A stretch of 64,000 nucleotides of DNA from the NCBI RefSeq assembly GCF_018350175.1, contig NC_058368.1:150972001-151036000 (forward strand). The letters run 5' to 3'. The position numbers were made by a program, and so were the translations under genes. This DNA comes from Felis catus. Lineage: Eukaryota. Below, piece after piece: positions 26,930-38,060 of the stretch (position 1 is the stretch's first letter; every line of letters starts with the position of its first letter). Below the pieces are notes generated by a model. That model made no database searches. It saw only the letters and a program-made list of their open reading frames with translations, and was not told the origin of the DNA.

Positions 26930-28325
26930 TTGGCAAACTTGACATACTTTATGACTTTAATCCAAACACAAATCTCTACTGATGCCTTCCCAAATAGAAG
27001 CATACTCCTACATCTGCCTATATAGCCATCTAATATCACAAACTCAATACTTTCCTCCCTGTCTAACTTCCTTTTTCTAGCGACCAAAGCCACTAAAATC
27101 ACTAAGACTTAAACTTTTTGAGTCAAAAAATTTATATGTTGCTCTATAAGAATGTCTCTAAATACATTCTTCTCTTCTCCATTCTCAGTTTCAGGTTTCA
27201 TCACCTTCACAGATTACTGCAACAGTCTCCAAGTGGCTTCCCTATATCCATACTAGGCCCACTTGGGCCCGCATGAATATTGATGACAGTGAACCATTTT
27301 GTAAAAACCACTTTCTGGGCCCCTGGGTGGCTCAGTCAGTTGAGCTTTCCACTTCAGTCAGTTGAGCTTTCCACTTCGGCTCAGGTCATGATCTCGCAGT
27401 TTGTGAGTTTGAGCCCCGCGTCAGGCTCTGTGCTGACAGCTCGGAGCCTGGAGCCTGCTTCGGATTCTGTGTCTCCTCCTCTCTGCCTCTCCCCTGCTCA
27501 TGCTCTGTCCCTCTCTCTCTCTCAATAATACATTAACATTACAAAAAAAAATTAAAAACCACTTTATTCGTTTTGTTTATCTGGCCAATTTTGCCTCATA
27601 AACACCTCTTTAATCTATTTGTCTCCCTCCAGTTCCACTACAACCACCCTAGTCTAAACCATCAACATCTTTTAACTCAACTATTACTTCAGCTTCATAA
27701 CTAGTTTCCCTCACTTACCCTTGCCTTCCTCTCCAATCCATACTGTAGTCAGAATCATCTTTTAAAAATGTAAATCCAAACATGCCACTCTCTTGCTTAA
27801 AATCAATCAGTAGCTTTTCACCACACTTAGTTCAAAACCAAAACCCTACAAGGTCAGCATAATTTGGTCCTCCTACCTCTCTAACCTCATCTTAGACTGT
27901 TCTTATTTTCTGTGTATTTCTGTAGTCTAGTCACGCTGATCTTGAAGTTCTTCAAACATGGCAGTCTTCCTCCTATCGACCTTGTCATGTATTGTCTCTT
28001 CCGACTATCAAACTCTGTGTATATTTCTTCCCCTTTGCTCAGTCATCTCTACTACTTAATTCAATTCAAACAATACTTAAGGCAAGCTTCCCAAAACCAC
28101 CCCCCGTTTCAGACTAGTGACACTCTCACGATACTCTATTACTCTGTTGTAGAACTAATTATAGCCGTAATTAAATAGTCAACTATATATTTTGTTATTT
28201 AAAGTCTAGCACTCCTGCTAGAATACAATTTCCTGATGTTGGGCAAAAATTGGATTTGGTTCACCACTGTTCTCCCAGTGCTTGACCAGTACTTTGCACA
28301 TAGTAGATGTTCAATAAATATTTGT
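26930..28325 (+). mobile_element. L2 fragment(s) interrupted by a SINE
   Basis: GATTACTGCAACAGTCTCC, CATGCCACTCTCTTGCTTAAAATC, terminal CATAGTAGATGTTCAATAAATATTTG. Confidence 0.7.
27317..27553 (+). mobile_element. Can-SINE with internal 22-bp duplication
   Basis: TSD AAAAACCACTTT; TCAGTCAGTTGAGCTTTCCACT x2. Confidence 0.93.
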
Positions 28326-29350
28326 CGACCATATCAAAGAAGAAACCCAGAATAACTCCACAATTTTCATCATCATGTCTCTCTCTAATGGCCAAGTTTC
28401 GAGAATATAAATAATTTGGCCTTATCATACCTATCCACAAATATTAATCACCATTACTGAGTATAAAGATCTTCTCCTTTCTCACTCTCAAAAACATGCT
28501 TTGTTCATTGATGTGTTCACATCATCATAAATCATTTTGATTTTTTGGGCCAGAATCCTTTCCCTTCTATCTGTCTTAATTCTACAACTCTTTCAAATCT
28601 CAAATACAAAGCTGCAAATATTACTTTCTTTACTAATCTTCCCTTAGCTATTCACAATGATTTATCTTTACTGTATATTCCTACAATATTATTAATGGGT
28701 ATCCCAGAATTCAACAGTCTTACATTATTCACTAATTTTTCATATTTATTAATCTAATCTTCAACCAGATGTTAGGTTTCTCAAAATTAGCATCATTTCT
28801 TACACTTTTCCTAAGTCCTCTTCCAAAGTTTTCCATCTCTACATCTCCCAACCCTACCCTCCCAAACATATAATTAGCCCTTAGCACTGTATACTCTGAT
28901 AAAGTACTCAATAAATACTTTCTGGTTAATAGACTTTCTATTGGCCCAGAAATTCTTAATTGATTTCCTCACATTAGGGTCTACCTTTAGTATGGCCACT
29001 TACACAGTGGACACTTCTTTTCTAATTAAAAGTCAGAAGCATGAAAATGACCCAGACAAAATATATACTTTGAATTCTCTGCTTTGCTTTCTGATAAAGT
29101 CTGTTGACAACATCATTTTGGATGCAGATGTTGCCAGATTCCACAGTCAGTCACGATGTTCAAGACAAATGATTTGAGAAGTCTGTTATATCTCCCAAGG
29201 GATCATTTGGTTCCTTTTGCACTAACATGACATCTACTTTAGCTTCCAAAAATGCATTCAAAGACTAAAACAATACCTTAATAATGTGAAAAAGTTAATG
29301 GAGTTAATCAAAAGCCTAACCCAACTCCCAAACCAAGAACATTTTTTCTT

Positions 29351-30295
29351 GGCAGTGTGCCCATGGATCTTTCTCTTGCTTCAACAATGTTTGCACAGAA
29401 CAGCCCCAGGGGTGCCCTTTACTCCGGCCTCCAGTCACCCTCCAACCTCTTTTCTAGCTCCAACTTTGGGATCCATCTTCTCAGCCATCCCCTGCCCCCG
29501 GGACCAACCAACACAATTTTTTAAGCTATGCTCCTTATTGCCAATCAACCACAAGCAGCTTCCAGACTTGACCCAATTATTCCAAGGAGGCGGAGGCTGC
29601 CGTCAACTGCCTGGTCAACATGCATGTGCAGGCCTCCTATACCTACCTTTCTCTGGGCTTCTATTTCGACCATGACGATGTGGCTCCGGAGGCTTCTCCG
29701 GAGTTGTCTGAGGAGTAGCGTGAAGGCCCAAGAGTCTCATAAAGACGTAAAGCCAGCGTGCTCGCCTCTGCTGCGGCACCCTCTTCCAGGTCGCGCAGAG
29801 GCTTTCCCAAGATGAGTGGGGTAAAACCCTGTATACCACGCAGGCCGAGGTGGTTCTGCAGAGGAACCTGAACCAGGTTCCTTGGGATCTTCGTGCCTGT
29901 GGTTCTGCCGGCACAGACGTCCTTCCCTGTGACTTCCTAAAGAACCACTTCCTAGGTCAGGAGAGGAACCTCGTCAAAAACTCGGCGTCCACCTGGCTAG
30001 CCCCCCAGACAGGCAGGCCCGCAGGCTGGGCCGGGCCAGTAGGTCTTCGAAAGCCTCGCTCTCAGCATGACTAGGAGCCTCGGGAGCCCAGCAGCCTTTG
30101 AGGAGCCCCTCCGGCAACCCGCAACCCGCTGATACCAGGGCTTCTCTGCCTGAGCCTCTCTCCCTAGGCAGCTATTTAACCACCCTGGAGCCCTTGCCAC
30201 TAGGCAGCTTTTTAACCACCCAGGAATCTTTGCCCAAACTGCGGACCAAATGGAAACAATAAAGCTTTTTGCAGGGAGGGAGGAGGGGTGGGGGG
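29351..30295 (+). pseudogene. FTL: Full-length ferritin light chain processed pseudogene
   Basis: 5' UTR with IRE remnant; CDS remnant 29551-30074 ([37 protein letters not shown]...QDEWGKTL...CDFLKNHFL...HD*); lost ATG, stops and frameshifts, no introns; AATAAA 30258-30263; TSD AAGAACATTTTTTCT/AAGAACATGCTTTCT. Confidence 0.95.
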
Positions 30296-31269
30296 AAGAA
30301 CATGCTTTCTCAATGGTACATAAACAGAAAAGGGCTGTGCTTTTTCAATGACTCACTTTTCTAACTACCTGGTCTTATGAATATATCTACTTGTTGCTTA
30401 ACAATTTATTCTTGGTTATTTTCTAAGAATGGTAGAACATTATTGGTAGGAACATTAGAGCCCAATAAACATTTCATTGATTTCATTGCATTTGTTATTG
30501 TGAACCCATATTGTGTGAAAACGTGAAAAGACAAATTTTCACTGATTATACCAAATGATATATTTCAATTTCTGCTCGAAATTATAATCAATGATTTAAA
30601 TTCGCCATGTAACTGTTGGATTGCAGTTTTGACACTCAAGAGAGGTTAATTTTTAAATCCTAGGAGCACTGTTTAGTAACAAACTGTATCTTTATTCATA
30701 ATTCCCTACTATTCTAAGGAAATGAATGGAGCTTTCAAAAATGGTCCTAACGTAGTCAAGAAGAAGGTCAGGCCCCAGGGAGACATTGAATCACATCTAT
30801 TTCTTCTATCATTAAAACTATAAGCATTTCAGGCTATTTACAAACAGCATGTTTTTATGAATTAGGTATTTTAATCAAAGTAAAATAAAAATATTAAAAT
30901 ACCCTGTAAAATATTTGTTTGTAATATGTTTTCAGAAATTCTGTGTTCTAGGTTTCAGTTCCCATGTGTCCAGTTAACTTGGTCCTATTCTTTAAAATGC
31001 TTGGTATTTCCCATATCAAAGATAAGATCTCAAATATATGTGCAGTTCTCCTACAAATGTACTTTGAAATCTAGCTTGCAAGTTGCTTCCAGTCATCACT
31101 TACCCCAAAACCAAACAATGGTCTTACTCTATCCGGGAAGGATAATCTCATCATAGCTGGGCAGCTTCAACAGGGCTTCCATGTTGGGAGAACCAGTCTA
31201 TCCAAATCAATTCCTTAGATCCATAAGGCAACAGCTATCTCAGAAAGATCAATGTTGTATTTAAATCTA

Positions 31270-31380
31270 TTCATTCTTTTATCAGCAAACAATCATTGAG
31301 CATCTACTATGGGTCCAACACTATTCTAGGTGCTAGATCTTCAGCAATGAACAAGATAAGTAGGTTTTCTGCTTACAAAC
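31270..31380 (-). mobile_element. L2 3' end fragment
   Basis: CATTGAGCATCTACTATG...CACTATTCTAGGTGCTAG...GCAATGAACAAGA. Confidence 0.65.
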
Positions 31381-33463
31381 CTCAAGTTCTGAGTGCCTCA
31401 GCAGGAGGGAAGTAGTGTGAGTATAATAAACAAATAGAGAAGAATACTGGTTATGAGGAGGATAAAATAAACTTAAGTAAAAAAAAAATTTAAATTAAAG
31501 AAACATGCCATACAAAAGGCACATCAGGAACACACTTTTTGTACACAGTGAACTATGCACATATACTACATTATGTGAATAAACCACACAGGTATAGATT
31601 CATATCTACATATTTAATCCACACAATCTTTCTAAGACCAAACATCTCATGGTATTCACTGGTCCACAGTGAACAAAGGAAACAGTATCACATTTTCAAA
31701 ATAATAGATTACTCATAAAATTAAAATTTTATATGCTTAATTAATAGTTTTTATTATAGATGCTTTATAAGCCAATTACTAAAGATAATTAACAAACAGA
31801 ATCAGTAAAATGTTCTAAATGAGTTCTTCAAATATTTGTTCAATTTCACTTGGAATATATATATATATACATATATATGTATATGTATATATGTATATCT
31901 GCCCTGAATTTTATGCCAGTTCCAACTAAATTCCCTGTATAAATACATATAAAGTAAAATACTACAATGAATATAATTACTTATGATAAACAGCAAATTT
32001 TACATAACTGACCCATTCCGATTTTCTATATGGTTTGTGCACTTTCCTAAATCTATTTAGAATCACCTGTTTTTTGGCTAATTGTCTACTCACACAAATG
32101 TGGTAGGTAATATAAACTTCTAAAAAATAATTTTTACTGTTATATGAAATATCAGTTCACATTCCAAAAAAGAATGTTACATTTCAAAATGCACTACTAA
32201 AGTCCACTTTTATCGTTAATTAATCCATACACATTTGTATACATGGCTTCCTAAATACACCAGTGTATTCAAAAAAATACCCTCTCAAAGATATTTAAAT
32301 TGGCAGAAATGCTTTTTAAGAAGGATACAATTAATTTGTAATCATGACAGATATGTGTAGACTAGAGAATTAATGAAAAGCAAAGCATCTTAAACTAACA
32401 TGTTTTTAATGTTATCAATTTGATTTTTCAAAAAATACATGTCATTTATTTTCAAAATGAAATGATAGCAATACTTTCTACAACCTATCAATTGTATGTA
32501 GAATAAGATACTCATAACTTTCAAACACTGCTTTTACTAGCCATCACTTGTCATTAAATGTAACTGTATATTCGAGAGCTTTCTAATAATAGCCTTTAAT
32601 TAAACCAAGGACTGTTAGAGGGTTTCCGTTGCCCTTTGAAGTTCTTAATTATTACTTGTATCCAGCCTTTTATGGTACACTTAAGGTTAAATTAAATAAT
32701 TTAAATATACCTTGAAGAGAAATATGAAGACTTTTGCCTGTTTTAATTAAATCTCTGAATTTCAGGATTTGAAAATAATAACATATGTTTTGATTTTTTT
32801 CATGGCCGATGGTAAAATGCTCGCTATATTAAACAACAAAAAAAATGGTAGCTTTTTATGGGACTAATCGCTAAGCAGATGCATGTAAATGAGCTATTTT
32901 CTATGCATGGTTTCCAAAAGTGCTAATTAAATAGTTGGTATTCAAGGCTATGCTCGCTCATTGTTTAGTGACACACAAATCCAGCGATGTGTGCCAGCAG
33001 ACATTTTAAGTTGAATGTTTTCTCCTCTACGGCCTTTGTCATGAAATGGTGGCACCATGATGAGAACACTAGTGTAAGCAAAACATTGAAATATGCTTTA
33101 ATAATGTTTTAACCATGTAGTGACACTAGTCTAGTTTTCTAATGAATTTTTAATTTCTTTTTTCTTATAAGGGTGGTATGAGTTATCGCTGATGCATATT
33201 AAATCATATACATGAGTCATTTTCTCTAAATTTGCATAAAATGGCTAAATGCTAATGCACCAAATGGAGCTTACTATATGTGGTACAGCAAATATTCCCT
33301 TGAAGATTTTCTGCAATCAATCTCCTGTATTTCATTAGCAACCAGATAAGGTGTGGTCTGCAGAATAAAAAAGAAAAGTGTGTAGCTCATGAACTTATGA
33401 GGCTTCAGATGATTTCTACATGGTGATTAGAGTGGATTCTGCAATTAGAATTTATGTAAGTAA

Positions 33464-33477
33464 AACACACACGCCCG

Positions 33478-33518
<41 letters not shown>

Positions 33519-33521
33519 ACG
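33464..33521. repeat. Compound (CA)/(CG) alternating purine-pyrimidine tract
   Basis: Direct. Confidence 0.9.
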
Positions 33522-35831
33522 CTTCTTTAAAGGCACAGTACAAGAGTTCTGAATACAGCCTTGCAATGTTAAACAATGAAAAGGCATCATTTGATCATTG
33601 TGATTTTCTGTAGCTATAATTAAATGAAGGAATGCCATACTTTAAATGTAGTGTCATTTGACTGTATAACCCTTACTCAAATTTTGTAACTTAAGATTAC
33701 AATTTCCCTACTATGATTATAAAAGAACCTTAAAAAATACCTATCGCTGACATTTTTTTTTTTTGCTAACTTTTCTCTTTTTCCTTGTCAAGTAATGGTA
33801 AGGAATTTTCTACACTGATGTTTAACATTTAAATATGATTTCCTCTGTCACCAACTGGCATTAAGATCACATGCCATAAAAATTACATCAGGGTGATAGA
33901 ATTATTGGCCAAACTAGAGATGTTTCCTTGAGGAATAAACTTGTTTACTCTACTCACCAACCTTTTTCTCATCTGTCCATATTTTCACCATCTGGAATAT
34001 TTTTTAACCTGATGGAGAAAAAAAAATTGGGGAAGGGGATGGCTATTTAAAAATAAATGTATGCTTTACCCTACAGTTATTTTGAATTAGTCTTGATAAA
34101 TAATTAAGGAATGCATAATATATTATTTAGATGCCATGGTCTTAAGAATTTGAGTGGTATTTCAAGTACAATTATAGTCATTTATTTATCAGTAGAAAAT
34201 TTACATAATCACACTTCAAAATCCAGTGGACTGGAGAGATATCAGAAAGACACCCATGAATGTGGTAATGACTCTGAGCATTAGATTAAGTTAATAATAT
34301 ATTGATGCACATGATATTCTAATATCTAGCACTGCAGTATTTGATCACTTAAAATGATAAAAGCATAAATATTTTTTTCTTTTTAAACTGCATTTTATAT
34401 AGGAGGGCTCCTTATAGTATAAAAAGCAACTTGAAAAAGAAAAATTAAATTAGACAATCTCTGATAAAATGGAGCTAGTTAAGCTGAACTTAAATAAAGC
34501 CAAATTTCTATGTCTTTTGGCCAAGAAAATAATTATGTCTTAATAATAATTATTGGTTAACATAAATTTCTGTTCATTTTATTTTGAATTGACAATATAG
34601 ACCTTAAGGCTGAAGTCCAGAAAAGTGACAGAAATTCAAGTCCTCTCTCTTGTCAGTGAACACAGCTCGCAAATGGAGGGATTACCTATCGTAAAGGTAA
34701 CACACTTTCTGTTAGCTCAGTCATGCTATGGATTCTTCCTTAGCAGCTAGTCCATCTGAGACAAATTTGGCAGAAATATATGCAGTATTTGTACTATGCT
34801 GTTCGAATCACTAGAGTCCCATGTCATATCTGCAAACTCAGATTTTAGACTATAATTGAGCATGATTCTTGAGTGTGAAAGTCTAAGCTACTCAGCAATT
34901 TCTAACTTTATTTGGGGACAACTAAACTTATTACTTGTATTAATCTTGGTACCTACAAATTGTCATAGAGTTACTTTATAAAACAATGCAAATATAAATC
35001 CATCAGTTAATCCCCATTTCCTGGCTATCTAGATATTTTCACTACCAGAATAACTCAAGAGGCACATACTACAGACCCTAAAGATGAAGACCTATCAATT
35101 TTCTTCCTTTCTTTTCAAAGTCACTTCTCATGAGTTTGTCATGGTGATAACTTCATATTTAAAGCTACTAAACAGTTTTCAAACTATTCCAGACTGTTCA
35201 ACACCCTCAACTTCAGATTCCTGTTAGACAATGCTAACTTAACTTTGTATATAGATCATATATTTCAAGGTTAATTCAATACATTACAATGATATCTACT
35301 GAGCAGCTACTATGTACAAACTAAACTATGTGCTTTTTAAAAGTAAGGCCTGAAATCCATTATTTGAGCTCCTCTCAGAGACTGTTAAATTCATACGACA
35401 ATTTCAGGTAACTTCCTAATTCTCACTGATTTAAAAATAAGGACTAAATACACTTTTATTATTACTATACAAGAGATCTAGTCCTGACAGGACTAAGTGG
35501 ATAGATCCTGAACTTCAATGATAGTAAATCTTATATTGTCGTCACAGAAGCATTACCTCCAAATAAATTATGGTAAGGTTTTTTTTCATTAGACCAGGGT
35601 TGATAAATGCATAAATTAATTATAATTGAGATATTTATCAGGGAAAATATTTCTTTATCATACTTGTTAGAAATCCTTCAACTCCAGTAAATTTCACTTA
35701 TATTTATACACGCATGTGAATGGTTATATAGGTAGATTATATTTTTCCCCTAAAAGCACAAAGACAAAAATTTGAAATATATCCTGGGTAATATTCTGTA
35801 AATCATTTTTGTGGACTGATTCAGAAAAAGT

Positions 35832-35864
35832 GTTGTTGTTGATGATGATGATGATGATGATGAT
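35832..35864. repeat. (GTT)n(GAT)n trinucleotide repeat
   Basis: Direct. Confidence 0.9.
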
Positions 35865-37469
35865 TTTGCACATTACTTTTCCCAAGTGGTTCATTTGCAA
35901 GTTTTCACCAATTATTACCGTGATTAGCATCTGTAGTTACTTCCAGTCTCCCACTAGCAGTTATATAAGACATAAACATTTTAACCTTGTCAAATTTGAA
36001 TTCAAAACTAAAATAAATAAATAAATAATAAAAAATAAATCAACTTTAAGAGCCAGATTGCAGTTAAACAAGCTCCAGATAGCTTCCCAGGCAGGGCCAG
36101 TGACTATTAAAAGAAACTCTGAGAACACAAAATATCCCTCCCACAGCTACTTAGTGACAGAACCAAATGAATATTGTTAGGTGAGTGTTTTAATAACGCA
36201 GCATTTTTGAAGCATTTTCCCAAGATTATTTCTAATTGGCCCTGTCATAAAGTAGTCGAAAACTGCCTTAAAACAGTAATCAGTTTGAAACCAGTTGAGC
36301 AAGCCTATGACAGGAAGTTATTAATAATATGCTTCGAAATTTACCTGTGAAATACTGAGCTTGACTACTTTTGTAAGAGAACTGAAAGTAAACGGCCTTT
36401 GTAATGCAAATCGATCAGTAGCAAAACGCCACCGCCTTTGGAATCCCACATTCTCACCTGAGCTTGCTACAGACCTTGGTGCAACCCTTTGGTGAATGGA
36501 ATCAAAACTGCTTAACATGTAGGTAAGTGTCCTTTAGTGTCACTAAAGCACACCCCGTGAGCTGTGGCACGTACTTGTACACCAGGAAGCCTGTGCTCTC
36601 GTCCGGGTGCTCGTGCTCACCTAGCAGCAGGACCGCCCGCCACCTCCCAGTACGAGTGACCATCACCTGAAGCGAGGACCGGAGTGGCTCCTCCCGTTTC
36701 GCTCTCCTTGTTTTCTTCTAAGACCCTCCTCTTTCCCTTCCTCACCCGAGGCCACAGAGCTGGACCTGCGCCTGGCGAGGTGGATTTAGCCCGGTTAGAG
36801 TTAAGATGGTATCATTAGCTGCGCACAGCGTGACTTCCCACTAATCCTCTCTGCAACTTACAACAAGTTTAAATGTCCATGCATGATGTTATTAACTGGC
36901 TTTAGTAAGTGCTTAAGACCCAGATCTCTTTTTAAAGTAATCTCTGAACAAGTTCTACTGTATCCACCCAACAGGGAGATTAATATTTCCTGCAAATCTG
37001 ATATGGGGAAGATGCGCGCTGAGTCCCGAAAAGGCAATGGGATAGAAGTGGAAGTTGATCCAGGGAAGGGCCCAGAGCGGAGGAAGCTCACCAACCCTGG
37101 TTCCCAATTCAGAAAACTTCCTTCTCCAAGAGCTCCCCGGTATGTGTGGGGGAAGGTGGGTGCTCTTTCCGTTAGCTTTTCACCGAGATAAAAAATGAGG
37201 GGAGGAGTACATAATATCTTGATCAGTGATATTGATCATATCCAGGAAAGATGCCTGGGCATAACTAGAGAAACCGCCAGCAGTATAGAAAGCCCCTTAA
37301 TCACAAGTTGCCTGCTAGCTTGAGGAAGGGACCCCGGGGATGGGGTAGCCGCAGCCAGATGCCTGCTTTCAAACGACGTCTTGGAGTGACTAAACCCCGA
37401 CGCCACCCCCATCCACAAGCCCTAAGAGATTCCTAAGAAACCGCATTCCGGAGCTGGGGCAGAAACAGG

Positions 37470-38060
37470 TCCGAGGTCGCTGGTGAGGGGCCGGAGGGCA
37501 GGCAAATAAAAAAAAAAAAAAAACATAACAGCCCTAGCGGATGCAACTCAACATGCCAGACAGAGGAATGCTGCCGGGCCCCCTCTAAGGTTCTCAAACC
37601 TTGGAGGGAGGGCGCTGAAACTTGAGCTCGCGTGAACTTGGGAGGCCTCCCAGCCCGCTACCTGGGCCGCAGCACGCCCCCCGCCGCCCTGCCGCGCGCC
37701 AGCCAGGAGCGCGCGCCAGCGCCGGGAGCGCGCGCGCCGGCGCACCAGCTCCAGTAGCTCTGGCCGCTCTGGCAGCCCGTCTCCCGGGAAACACCAATCA
37801 GACGCCCGCTTCTGGAAAGGGCCGTAAGCAGCCGCAGCTGCAGGAGGACTCTGGCTGTTGGCGGTCACCGGGAGGCGTCGTGCTGCCCGGCGGCAAGCCG
37901 GCCGCCTTCGCTGCTGCCACTGCCTAGCCCAGCCAGTTCCGCAGCCAGTCACAGAGTCGGCTGTCTCCTCTGTGCACCGCCCACGCCAAGCACCTTGCAA
38001 TGCGGCTGCTAAGCCTGGCTATTTTTAGATCTCAAGAATGCGTTAAGCCCGAGCTCAGCT
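37470..38060. promoter_or_regulatory. CpG island about 3 kb downstream of the host-gene polyA site
   Basis: Very high CpG and GC density; CCAATCAG at 37794; CTATTTTTAG at 38019. Confidence 0.8.

Noticed and set aside
9..27528. Recurring ORFs such as MAQ..KRLT.AQVMISQ.VSLSPASGSVLTA
   Set aside because: Translations of Can-SINE consensus, not a gene family
29286..30074. ORFs of 129, 95, 99 and 74 aa over the FTL copy
   Set aside because: Off-frame or partial reads of a disabled pseudogene with lost ATG and internal stops
20277..36248. Identical 14-mer ATTGGCCCTGTCAT (CCAAT plus TGACAG) at 20277 and 36235
   Set aside because: Several repeated 14-mers are expected by chance in 64 kb
36321..36518. 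65-aa ORF MLSSFDSIHQRV... crossing a donor-like site
   Set aside because: No recognisable homology and nothing to distinguish it from chance
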